A stretch of 64,000 bases of DNA, from assembly GCA_963708135.1 (NCBI GenBank), contig OY970192.1, positions 192,001 through 256,000 of the forward strand. Direction: 5' to 3'. Below are positions 37,787 to 47,280 of this stretch, in pieces. The stretch comes from an uncultured Gemmatimonadales bacterium. GTDB taxonomy: Bacteria > Gemmatimonadota > Gemmatimonadetes > Longimicrobiales > RSA9. Position 1 is the stretch's first letter; each line of letters opens with the position of its first letter. Under the pieces are notes generated by a model. It made no database searches, was not told the origin of the DNA, and saw only the letters and a program-made list of their open reading frames with translations. A program made the position numbers and the translations under genes.

Positions 37787-38790
37787 GCCCCGGGCGGCCC
37801 CGGGCGGCGCCGGGCGGCGAGGGGCGGCTCGTGCATGCCATGCCGGCGCAAGTCGCCGCTCGTTCTCCCCCGTCTTCAACCGAGGGGCGGGTTGGGACGG
37901 CTCCGCGTGCATGATCCGGTTCTCGATTCCGGATCACCGGCGAGTGGCGGGTTGTGCACCCCGGCGGAGTGGCGCCAGCGGCGGGCGGCGGCGGGCGGCC
38001 GGCGGCGGGAGAGCGCCGGGCTGCGGCGGGCCGCGGCCAGCGCCGGCGGGCTGCACAACCTGCCGTTCGTGAGCCTCTATCGGGCGAGGGGCGGCTCGTA
38101 CATGCCATGCGGGCGCAAGTCGCCGCTCGTTCTCTCCGGTCTCAACGAGTGGCGGGTTGGTACGGCTCCGCGTGCATGATCCGGTTCTCGATTCCGGATC
38201 ACCGGCGAGTGGCGGGTTGTGCACCCCGGGGGAGTGGCGCCAGCGCCGGGCGGCGGCGGGCGGCCGGCGGCGGGAGAGCGCCGGGCTGCGGCGGGCGGCG
38301 GGTAGCGCCGGCGGGCTGCACAACACGCCGGTCGTGAGCCTGTATCGAGCGAGTGGCGGCTCGTGCATGCCATGCGGGCGCAAGTCGCCGCTCGTTCTCT
38401 CCGGTCTCAACGAGTGGCGGGTTGGTACGGCGCCACGTGCATGATCCGGTTCTCGATTCCGGATCACCGGCGAGTGGCGGGTTGTGCGCCCCGGCGGAGT
38501 GGCGCCAGCGGCGGGCGGCGCCGGGCCCCGGCGAGCGCCGGGCCCTGCGCGCACGGACGGGCGGAGTGGCGCCAGCGCCGGGCTGCGGCGGGCGGCGGCC
38601 AGCGCCGGCGGGCTGCACAACCTGCCGTTCGTGAGCCTCTATCGAGCGAGTGGCGGCTCGTACATGCCATGCCGGCACAAGTCGCCGCTCGTTCTCTCCG
38701 GTCTCAACGAGTGGCGGGTTGGTACGGCGCCACGTGCATGATCCGGTTCTCGATTCCGGATCACCGGCGAGTGGCGGGTTGTGCACCCCG
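37787..38790. repeat. Tandem array of four ~265-bp units (family B 172-bp element plus GC-rich linker)
   Basis: ATGATCCGGTTCTCGATTCCGGATCA recurs at 37911, 38176, 38441, 38738 (periods 265, 265, 297). Confidence 0.95.
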
Positions 38791-38814
38791 CCGGCGGAGC
38801 GGCGTCAGCGCCAG

Positions 38815-39360
38815 GCGCCGGGCGGCGCCGGGCCCCGGCGAGCGCCGGGCCCTGCGCGCACGGACCGGCGGAGTGGCGCCAGCGGCGGGCGGCGGCGGGC
38901 GGCGCCGGGCCCCGGCGAGCGCCGGGCCCTGCGCGCACGGACCGGCGGAGTGGCGCCAGCGCCGGGCGGCGGCGGGCGGCGCCGGGCCCCGGCGAGCGCC
39001 GGGCCCTGCGCGCACGGACCGGCGGAGTGGCGCCAGCGCCGGGCGGCGGCGGGCGGCGCCGGGCCCCGGCGAGCGCCGGGCCCTGCGCGCACGGACCGGC
39101 GGAGTGGCGCCAGCGCCGGGCGGCGGCGGGCGGCGCCCGGCCCCGGCGAGCGCCGGGTCCTGCGCCTACGGACCGTCGGGGAGGCGCCGGCCGACCGGCG
39201 GAGGTGCCGGCCGACCGGGAGGGGCGCCCGGCGCCGGCGAGCGCCGGGTCCTGCGCGCACGGACCGTCGGGGAGGCGCCAGCCGGCCGGGAGAGGTGCCG
39301 GCCGTCGGGGAGGCGCCGGCCGACCGGGCGGCGGTGCCGGCCGACCGGGAGCGGTCCCCG
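38815..39360. repeat. 77-bp tandem repeat (5 regular units plus a degenerate tail)
   Basis: CGGACC anchor at 38861, 38938, 39015, 39092, 39169, then 39260. Confidence 0.92.
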
Positions 39361-39559
39361 GCCGGCGGATCCGCGCGAGTCGGCCGTCCGATGCCGGGAT
39401 GCCAGCATCCCGCACGCGAACGGTCGGCGGGCGAGAAGCACGGAGGCGGAAGCGTCGCATTCCCCCGCATGGCGCGGAATCCGCCGCCCCGCTGGCGCCG
39501 GCACGGGGGTTCCATGCCGACGGGCACACCGAATCCAGGACTCTCCCGGGAGGGCGCGC

Positions 39560-42016
39560 ATGGACAACCTCCGGCAGGACCTCGGCCACGCGCTGCGCTC
39601 GCTGTCGCGCAGCCCCGGCTTCGCGCTGGTCGCCATCGTGCTCCTTGCCCTCGGGATCGGCGCGACGACGGCGATGTTCTCCGTGGTGGACTCGGTGCTG
39701 CTGCGGCCGCTCTCCTACCCGGACCCGGGGCGGCTGGTGTGGATCGACCAGCCGGTGCCGAAGTACGACGCCGATCATCCGTGGGGCGTCTCGGAGGCCG
39801 GCTACCGGGACTACGCCGGCAACGTCCCGGCGCTCGCACGGATCGGCGCCTTCTTCAACACGGACGTGGACGTGGCGCGCGCCGGGGGCGCCCGCCAGGT
39901 GCCGGCGGTCTACGCGACGGCGAGCCTCCTGGGCGTGCTCGGCGCCCGGCCGGCCCTCGGCCGCCTCTTCGGCAAGGCCGAGGATGCGCCCGGCGGCGAG
40001 CGAGTCACCCTGCTCGGCTACGGCTACTGGCAGCGCGCGTTCGGCGGTGATCCCGGCGTGATCGGGCAAACGCTGCGCATCGGGGGGAGCCCGGCCACGA
40101 TCATCGGGGTGCTCGCGCGCGGCTTCAGGCTCCCGCGCATCGCGGCGGACCTGGTGCTGCCGGCGCAGCTGGACCCCGCGGCCACGCCGGTCAACTCACA
40201 CTATCTGGGCGTCGTGGGCCGCCTCGCGCCGGGGGCCACACTCGCCACGGCCAACGCCCAGCTCGCGCGCCGGGTTACCGGGTTCACGGAGCGCTACCCC
40301 CAGGCGTACTCGCCGGGCTTCATCCGCCAGTTCGGCTTCCGCGCCGAGGCGGTCCCGCTCCGCGACGAGGTGCTCGGAAACGTATCTCGCGGACTCTGGG
40401 TCCTGTTCGGTGCGGTCGCGCTCGTGCTGCTCATCGCCTGCGCGAACGTGGCCAACCTGTTCCTGGTCCGCACGGAGGGACGACGGCGGGAGCTGGCGGT
40501 GCGCGCCGCGCTCGGCGCGGGGCGCGCCCGGCTGGCCCGGTCCTCCCTCACGGAGAGCCTCGTGCTCACGCTCTTCGCCGGCGCGCTCGGCCTCTGGCTC
40601 GCGAGCGCGGCGGCGCGCCTGCTGCGCGCGCTCGGGCCAACCGACCTGCCGCGCCTGGCGGAGGTGCGAGTGGGCTGGGCCGGAGCGCTCTTCTGCGCCG
40701 GAATCGCGGCCGCGGCGGGCGTCGCCTTCGGGCTGTTCCCCGTGCTCCGCCGCAGCGTCGATCTCGGCCTCCTGCGCGAGGCCGGCCGCGGGCTCTCCGG
40801 CGGCGCCGTACGGCGTGGCGCGCGGCGCGCCCTCGTGGCCGGCCAGGTCGCGCTCGGGGTCGTGCTGCTCGCCGCGGGCATCCTGCTGCTGCGCAGCTTC
40901 CAGCGCCTCCGCGCCGTGGACCCCGGCTTCCGCGCCGGAAGGGCCCTCACGCTCGAGGTGGCGCTCCCCTCCCAGGGCTATACCGATTACGCGAGCACCA
41001 CCGCCTTCTGGCGCCAGGCGACGTCGCGCATCCGCGACCTCCCCGGCGTGGCCGCCGTCGGCGCGGGCGGGGCCCTGCCCGTTGCCGACGGGTCGTCGTG
41101 CGCTGTCCTGAACGTGGAGGACCTGCCGGCGGAGAGGGCGGGGGAGGCCAGGTGCGTGGCCAAGGCCTCGGTGACGCCGGGCTATTTCGCCGCGCTCGGG
41201 ATCCCGCTGCGCGGCCGCGCGCCCGAGTGGCGGGACGTGGACGCGGGCACCGGCGCCGTCGTCGTCACCCGCACCCTGGCCGAGCGGCTCTGGCCGGGCG
41301 AGGAGGCGATCGGCAGGGGGCTGCGCGGGGGGAGCGGGGGCGGCAGCCGGTACTACCGCGTGGTCGGCGTGACGGGCGAGCTCAGGATGGACGGCCTCGA
41401 CCGCGCGCCCACGCCGATGGTCTTCTTCCCCGTGCGGCCGGCCTCGGACTCCCTCATGCTCTGGGGCCCGCCACGCTACCTCACGCTGGTCGTGCGCATG
41501 AAGGGCGGCTCCTCAGCCGCCCTGAGCGGCGCCATCCGCCGCGTCCTGGCCGGGATCGACCCGGATGCCGCCGTAGGCGACGTCCGCACGATGGCCGCCG
41601 TCGTCTCCCACTCGTTCGCGCGCACCACGTTCATCCTGCTGCTGCTCGGGCTGGCGGGCGCCATGGCGCTGCTGCTCGCCGCGGTCGGGATCTACGGCGT
41701 CGTCGCCTACCTCGTCGAGCGGCGGACGGCGGAGGTCGGCGTGCGCATGGCGCTCGGCGCCACCGCCGCGCGCGTCGGCGGCATGGTGGTCGGCGAGTCC
41801 CTCGCCACCGCCGCCCTTGGCGCCGCCGTCGGCCTGGCCGTCGCCGTGCCCGCGGCGCGGCTGCTCGCCTCGCTGCTCTTCGAGGTGAGCCCCGCCGACC
41901 CGCTGGCCCTGGGCGTCGCCGTGGCCGTGCTCGTGGTCGTGGCCGCCGCGGCCAGCCTGGTGCCGGCGCTGCGCGCTGCGCGGATCGACCCGGCGAGGGC
42001 GTTGCGGGCGGAGTGA
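39560..42016 (+). CDS. ADOP permease 8
   Basis: MDNLRQDLGHALRS, IACANVANL, EVGVRMALGA, DPARALRAE; GGGAGGG RBS. Confidence 0.93.
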   Translation: MDNLRQDLGHALRSLSRSPGFALVAIVLLALGIGATTAMFSVVDSVLLRPLSYPDPGRLVWIDQPVPKYDADHPWGVSEAGYRDYAGNVPALARIGAFFNTDVDVARAGGARQVPAVYATASLLGVLGARPALGRLFGKAEDAPGGERVTLLGYGYWQRAFGGDPGVIGQTLRIGGSPATIIGVLARGFRLPRIAADLVLPAQLDPAATPVNSHYLGVVGRLAPGATLATANAQLARRVTGFTERYPQAYSPGFIRQFGFRAEAVPLRDEVLGNVSRGLWVLFGAVALVLLIACANVANLFLVRTEGRRRELAVRAALGAGRARLARSSLTESLVLTLFAGALGLWLASAAARLLRALGPTDLPRLAEVRVGWAGALFCAGIAAAAGVAFGLFPVLRRSVDLGLLREAGRGLSGGAVRRGARRALVAGQVALGVVLLAAGILLLRSFQRLRAVDPGFRAGRALTLEVALPSQGYTDYASTTAFWRQATSRIRDLPGVAAVGAGGALPVADGSSCAVLNVEDLPAERAGEARCVAKASVTPGYFAALGIPLRGRAPEWRDVDAGTGAVVVTRTLAERLWPGEEAIGRGLRGGSGGGSRYYRVVGVTGELRMDGLDRAPTPMVFFPVRPASDSLMLWGPPRYLTLVVRMKGGSSAALSGAIRRVLAGIDPDAAVGDVRTMAAVVSHSFARTTFILLLLGLAGAMALLLAAVGIYGVVAYLVERRTAEVGVRMALGATAARVGGMVVGESLATAALGAAVGLAVAVPAARLLASLLFEVSPADPLALGVAVAVLVVVAAAASLVPALRAARIDPARALRAE

Positions 42017-42030
42017 GGCGGGCGGCGGCC

Positions 42031-42201
42031 GTAAAGTCCCCACGCGTTGCTCCTGGAATCGACGCTTGGGGAGTTGACGACGAATAGCGCGGCAAAGTCC
42101 CCAATCGTTCCCATGGACCTCCGACCGCTGGGGAGTTGACGACGAATAGCGCGGTGAACTCCCCAACCGTCTCCGCGCCGGGGGATCCTTGGGGAGTTCA
42201 C
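42031..42201. repeat. Tripartite palindromic element, family C (repeat-spacer mini-array)
   Basis: Half repeat, 24-nt spacer, 37-bp TGGGGAGTTGACGACGAATAGCGCGG(CAAAG/TGAAC)TCCCCA, 25-nt spacer, repeat, 24-nt spacer, half repeat. Confidence 0.88.
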
Positions 42202-42286
42202 GGCGGCCGCACGCGACATCGCCTTACGCCTTCCACTCCTCGGCGCGCGCGTTCGAACGCGGCCGGCGCCGCGACGCCGGCCGTGG

Positions 42287-45200
42287 TCAGGGCTCCGCGG
42301 GCTCGGCCGCGGGTGCGTCGCCGCCGGAGGGATCGCCGATGGCGGGCTCGGCGGGGGGGGCCGCCTTCGCGCCGTCGCCCGAGGCCGGGCTCTCGGCGGC
42401 GGCGGCCGCGTTCGCGGCGTCGCCCGCGGTCGGCTTCTCGGCGGCGGGGGCCTTCGCGCCGCCGGCCGTGGGCGGCATCTCGGCGGCGGGCGGGATCGGT
42501 CGGCCGCGCGGAACGCGCAGGCTGAACACGGCGCCGCCGCCGGAGTTCGGCGTGAGGGTGACGTCGCCGCCGAGGAGTCGGGCGAGGCGACGGGAGACGG
42601 CGAGGCCGAGGCCGGACCCGCCCTTCTCGCGGGTGGCGGAGCTGTCGATCTGGAAGAAGGGATCGAAGACGGCCGTGACCTCGGCTTCCGGTATGCCGGG
42701 GCCGGTGTCGCGGATGTCGATGTCCATCCACTCGTCGGACGGCTTGAGCTCGAGGGTGACGCGGCCGCTGTCGGTGAACTTGACGGCGTTGCCGACCAGG
42801 TTGGTCAGGATCAGGCGCAGCTTGCCGCCGTCCGAGACGGCGACGGTGGCCGAGTCGGCGCCGACCAGCTCGAGCGCGAGGCCCTTCTGCCGCGCCGAGA
42901 TCTCGAGCATGGAGGCGACGTCGCGGGCGATCGCGGCGACATCGACGGGAGCCCGCCGCACGACGGCGCGGCCGGCCTCGAGGCGCGTGAAGGTGAGGAC
43001 CTCGTCGATGATGGAGACCAGGTGCCAGGCACTGGACTTCACGTGCCGGAGGTGCTCCTTCTGCCGCGGCGTCAGGGGCTCGGACTCGAGCACGTCCGAG
43101 ATGCCGATCACGGCGGTCAACGGAGTGCGCAGCTCGTGGCTCATGGTGGCGAGGAACTGGCTCTTGGCCTCGGCGGCCTGCTCGGCGGCGTGGCGGGCGT
43201 GCCGGAGCGCGGCCTCGGACTCCTTGCGCTGTGTGATGTCACTGTCCATGCCGACCCACTCGCGCACGGAGCCGTCGGGGGCGAGGACGGGGACGGCGCG
43301 CACCACCATGAAGCGCCACTCGCCGGTGGCGGCTTTCCGGAGACGGAACTCGTGGTCCATCGGCGTGGCGGTTTCCACGGCGTGGCGCCAGGCCGCCTCG
43401 GTTTCGGCGCGGTCGTCGGGATGGACGGCGGCGAGCCACCCGCACCCGAGCCACTCCTCCAGGGTCTGTCCCGTGAAGGCGCGCCAGGAGGGCGAGTCCT
43501 CGACGACGGATCCGTCGGGCGCGGTGGTCCAGACGATCTCGGCCGTCGCCTCGATCAGGGCGCGGAAGCGCTCCGCGCTCTCGCGCACGTGGCGCTGGGC
43601 CTCGCGCAGGTGGGTCACGTCGGTGAAGGTCGCCACGACGCCGCGGATCTCGTCGCCGGAGGTGCGGTACGGCGTGAGGCGGGCGAGCCAGGCGTGGCCG
43701 CCGCCGTTGCCGACCTCGCGCTCCAGGGGCTGGAGCGAGTCGAGCACGCGCTGGCAGTCGGCGCGGAGCTCGGGGTACTGCATACGGTGCGTCACGTGCT
43801 CTAGAGGGCGGCCCTGGTCCACGGGCAGCACGTTGAAGAGCTGACGGAGCGCGGGGGTGAAGCGCTGGATGCGGAGCTGGCGGTCGAGGAAGAGCGTGGG
43901 GATCTCGGTGGCGGCCATAAGGTTGCTGAGATCGTCGTTGGTGCGCCCGAGCTCCTCGAGCCTGACCTTCAGCTCGTCGTTGACGGTCTTGAGCTCCTCG
44001 TTGGCCGACTGGAGCTCCTCCTTGCTGGTCTCGAGCTCCTCGAGGGTGGACTTGTACTCCTCGTTGATGGACTGCAGCTCCTCGTTGGAAGCCTTGAGCT
44101 CCTCCTGCCTGCGCTCGGAGCTCTCGATCATCTCCTGCAGGCGGGTGCGCGTGGTGGCGAGCTCGGCCTCGGTGTCCTCGAGACGGCCGGCGGCGGTGCC
44201 CCCTTCGTTCTTCGGCTCGGCCTCCTCGGCGGGACCGCTCTCGAGGAAGGTGACGAGCGCGAGCGGCGACTCGCCGGGGAGGCGCGCGGGCGCGACGTGC
44301 ATCTGCACGCGCACGGGCTCGCCCTCGATGTCCATGGGCACGGTGCGGGTGAGCGCCGGCGTCGCCTGGTCCAGCGCCTGGAAGAGCGCCGAGCGGAGGT
44401 CGATGCGGAGCTCCGGCCGCGCCGCCTTGAGCACGTTGGCGGACGGCGTGCCCGCGGTGAACTGGAGGTAGCGGTTGGCGGTCTCGGAGACGTGGATGAT
44501 GATGTGGTCCGCGTCCACGAGGACACTCGGCGGCGCGTGCGCCTCGAGCGCCTGTCGGTGCAGCTCGCCGTCGGCGGCCGCCTGGGCGCCGGTGGCGGCG
44601 CGCGGCCAGACGCGGTCCCCGAGGTGGGTCCGGCCGTGCAGGGGCAGCTCGGGCAGGTGCCGCCGATCGCTTCCAGTCCTGCGTGCGCGCTGGTAGATGC
44701 GGTGCTGGCGGTCCATCGAGCGGAAGCCGGCGCCCTCGGGCGCGGACTCGGATTCGCCGAGGAACAGGTAGCCATCCGTTCGCAGCGCGTAGCGGAACAG
44801 CTCGAGCACCCGGTCCTGCAGCCCCTTCTCGAGGTAGATGAGGAGGTTGCGGCAGGCAACGAGGCCGAGGCGCGAGAAGGGCGGGTCGCGCAGCAGGTCG
44901 TGCGGCGAGAAGAGGATCCGCTCGCGCAGCTCCTTCTTCACGCGCACGTAGGCGCCCTCCCGGGTCAGGAAGCGTAGCGCGCGCTCCTCGCTCACGTCCG
45001 CCGCGACGGCGTCCGGGTAGAGCCCCACGCGCGCGAACTCGATCGCGTCCTCGTCCAGGTCGGTGGCAAAGACCTGGATGCGGAGCGGGCTCTGCATGCG
45101 GTCGGCCTGCTCGGCCAGCAGCATCGCGATGCTGTAGGCCTCCTCGCCGGTGGCACAGCCCGCCACCCACGCGCGCACCTCGCCGCTTTCCGCCGCGGCC

Positions 45201-46126
45201 TCGAAGAGCGCGGGGATCACGGCGGTCTCAAGCGCCTCGAACGCCTCCGGGTCGCGGAAGAAGCCGGTCACGCTGATCAGCAGGTCCTTGAGCAGCGCCC
45301 GCGCCTCGGTGGTGTCGTGCTGGAGCCGGGCCAGGTATTCGGCGAGCGTGAGCGATGACGTCACCTGCATCCGGCGCCCGATGCGCCGCAGCACGGTGCT
45401 GCGCTTGTAGCCGCTGAAGTCGTGCCCCGTTCGCGTCCGCAGCTGCGTCAGGATCGCGCGCAGCGCGTGCGTGTCGCCAGCCTCGAGCCCGACCGCCGAC
45501 GGTGCGCTCCAGGGCACCCCGTGCGCCCGCAGCCCGACCACCCGCTGGCCCAGCTCGCGCGCGGGGAGCACGAAATCCACGAGGCCCGTGGCGACGGCGC
45601 TGCGCGGCATCGTGTCGTAGTCCGCCTCCTCCGGCGACTGCGCCATGATGATGCCGCCCCTCTCCTTGATCGCCTTGAGCCCCGCTACGCCGTCCGTGCC
45701 GGACCCGGACAGCAGCACGCCCACGCCGTCCGGATGCACCTCGGCCACCGTGCGGAAGAAGGTGTCGATCGGGGAGCGGCGGCCGCGCGGCTCCTCGAAC
45801 TCAGTGAGCTGGAGGTGACCGTTCGTCACTTCGATCGCGCGGTCCGGCGGAATCACGTAGACGTGGTCCGGCTCCAGCGGCGTGCGCGCGCGCACCTGGC
45901 GCACGGGCATCTTGACGAACGGCTGGAGGACCTCCGCCAGCTGGCTCTCCCGGTCCGGCGAGAGGTGCATCACCACGACGAAGGCGATCCCCGTCTCCTC
46001 GGGGATCGCCTCGAAGAAGCTTCTCAGCGCCGTGATGCCGCCCGCCGAGGCCCCGATGCCGACGAGGTTCAGCGATGGCGACCCCTCGGAGGGGGCTGGG
46101 GCCGATGAATCCTCGTTCTGCTGCAT
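42287..46126 (-). CDS. CheB-CheR-PAS-histidine kinase fusion
   Basis: CheB GASAGG/VMHL/GTDG; CheR FFRDP, GCATGEEAYS, CRNLLIYL; coiled coil NEELQS repeats; PAS domains; SHELRTPL; HATPase. Confidence 0.93.
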   Translation of the reverse strand: MQQNEDSSAPAPSEGSPSLNLVGIGASAGGITALRSFFEAIPEETGIAFVVVMHLSPDRESQLAEVLQPFVKMPVRQVRARTPLEPDHVYVIPPDRAIEVTNGHLQLTEFEEPRGRRSPIDTFFRTVAEVHPDGVGVLLSGSGTDGVAGLKAIKERGGIIMAQSPEEADYDTMPRSAVATGLVDFVLPARELGQRVVGLRAHGVPWSAPSAVGLEAGDTHALRAILTQLRTRTGHDFSGYKRSTVLRRIGRRMQVTSSLTLAEYLARLQHDTTEARALLKDLLISVTGFFRDPEAFEALETAVIPALFEAAAESGEVRAWVAGCATGEEAYSIAMLLAEQADRMQSPLRIQVFATDLDEDAIEFARVGLYPDAVAADVSEERALRFLTREGAYVRVKKELRERILFSPHDLLRDPPFSRLGLVACRNLLIYLEKGLQDRVLELFRYALRTDGYLFLGESESAPEGAGFRSMDRQHRIYQRARRTGSDRRHLPELPLHGRTHLGDRVWPRAATGAQAAADGELHRQALEAHAPPSVLVDADHIIIHVSETANRYLQFTAGTPSANVLKAARPELRIDLRSALFQALDQATPALTRTVPMDIEGEPVRVQMHVAPARLPGESPLALVTFLESGPAEEAEPKNEGGTAAGRLEDTEAELATTRTRLQEMIESSERRQEELKASNEELQSINEEYKSTLEELETSKEELQSANEELKTVNDELKVRLEELGRTNDDLSNLMAATEIPTLFLDRQLRIQRFTPALRQLFNVLPVDQGRPLEHVTHRMQYPELRADCQRVLDSLQPLEREVGNGGGHAWLARLTPYRTSGDEIRGVVATFTDVTHLREAQRHVRESAERFRALIEATAEIVWTTAPDGSVVEDSPSWRAFTGQTLEEWLGCGWLAAVHPDDRAETEAAWRHAVETATPMDHEFRLRKAATGEWRFMVVRAVPVLAPDGSVREWVGMDSDITQRKESEAALRHARHAAEQAAEAKSQFLATMSHELRTPLTAVIGISDVLESEPLTPRQKEHLRHVKSSAWHLVSIIDEVLTFTRLEAGRAVVRRAPVDVAAIARDVASMLEISARQKGLALELVGADSATVAVSDGGKLRLILTNLVGNAVKFTDSGRVTLELKPSDEWMDIDIRDTGPGIPEAEVTAVFDPFFQIDSSATREKGGSGLGLAVSRRLARLLGGDVTLTPNSGGGAVFSLRVPRGRPIPPAAEMPPTAGGAKAPAAEKPTAGDAANAAAAAESPASGDGAKAAPPAEPAIGDPSGGDAPAAEPAEP

Positions 46127-46336
46127 GGGTCCCCGGGGGAAGGGATGCACATCTCGCCAGACCTTGGCATTTTCCCGCGCAAGGCGCACGCCAACCGCCC
46201 TCGTCGTGCGCACGGACGGCGCCGCGCCCGCCGCGCGCACGACCACGTGCATCACGGACGAACTCCCGGCGCATTCTGCCATGGAGGCGCCCCGCCCGCG
46301 GCATAGCTTTCGGGAAAACGCTGCACGGATGGCGGT

Positions 46337-46705
46337 TCACCCTTGCGCGAGCGCCTCGGCCGACCCCGCCATCCATACGCCGGCGGACACCGCCTCCGAG
46401 GCGATGGGGTCGGCCCCGGCGAGGCGCCGCCGCCACTCCTCTGGGGTCCAGCCCAGCGGCTGGACGCGCGGGGGCGGGGCGCCGAGCGCCTCGAGGCGGC
46501 GCAGCGCGTCCGGCGGCAGCCGCTCCGCGACGACCAGCAGATCGACGTCGCTCCAGAGGTTGAAGTCGCCGCGGGCGACTGAGCCGAAGACGACGGCCGC
46601 TCGCATGCCAAGATCCGGGTCGAGGCGGCCCACGTGGGCGCGGGCGAGATCGAGCAGCGCCTCCCGCTCGGCGCGCCGGCCGGCCAGCACCGCTTCAATC
46701 GTCAT
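46337..46705 (-). CDS. MNT nucleotidyltransferase antitoxin
   Basis: VFGSVARGDFNLWSDVDLLVV, WTPEEW. Confidence 0.9.
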   Translation of the reverse strand: MTIEAVLAGRRAEREALLDLARAHVGRLDPDLGMRAAVVFGSVARGDFNLWSDVDLLVVAERLPPDALRRLEALGAPPPRVQPLGWTPEEWRRRLAGADPIASEAVSAGVWMAGSAEALAQG

Positions 46706-47129
46706 GGGCGGATCCTCCCGACGCTCGCGACAGTCGCTCCCACGCGCCGTCGACCAACCCCAGCACGGCCCCGAGGTCGGAGAGTGCCTGCGCGGCATCC
46801 TCCGGCCCGTAATGCGCGCCGGGGGGTCCCGCCGGATGCGCGTCCGGGTAGCGCGCGGGGATGTAGTGGCGGGAGAGTCTGCGGAGCGCCGCCTCGATCC
46901 CGGCCGGTAGAGACTCGATGGCCGCCACCGCGGCGCCGTGCTGCACGAGGTCATGGCCCCATGCACCCTTGCCGACGCCGTGCAGGAGTCCCTTGACCGC
47001 GAGCTGCGCGCCCTGCTCGGCCAGGAAGCAGGCCCACTGCGGGAGCCCGGCGGCGGCCTGCACCTCGGCGCCCCGGCGCGCCTCCTGCGCCGCTTGTCGC
47101 CAGCGTTCGAACTCCGGTGCGTCCAACAT
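46695..47129 (-). CDS. HEPN-domain protein (cognate of the MNT)
   Basis: WACFLAEQGAQLAVKG, WGHDL, LSRHYIPARYPD. Confidence 0.9.
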   Translation of the reverse strand: MLDAPEFERWRQAAQEARRGAEVQAAAGLPQWACFLAEQGAQLAVKGLLHGVGKGAWGHDLVQHGAAVAAIESLPAGIEAALRRLSRHYIPARYPDAHPAGPPGAHYGPEDAAQALSDLGAVLGLVDGAWERLSRASGGSAHDD

Positions 47130-47280
47130 TCTCTCCCCGATCTACCACAGAGCTCCGGGCCCGGCCCGTGTGCAGGGCCGTCTACCAATGTATCGATTGC
47201 GCCCGCCAGCCGCCGGCCCGCACCTTGCACCCACCGCGCGCGTGCGCGACGCGGAGCGGCAGGGGGGCCCCCCCTCGGAG

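Noticed and set aside
32015..37912. 1965-aa minus-strand ORF
   Set aside because: Off-frame/antisense shadow of permeases 5-7 with no recognisable domains
37787..39360. CRISPR array
   Set aside because: Sequences between the repeats are themselves repeated, units are too long, and no cas genes are present
38363..39559. 400-aa N-terminal extension of permease 8 through the repeat array
   Set aside because: Repeat periods (265, 77) are not multiples of 3, and a canonical start with RBS exists at 39560
21900..42210. Integron cassette array with attC sites
   Set aside because: No integrase, no consistent RYYYAAC/GTTRRRY boxes, and mixed gene orientation
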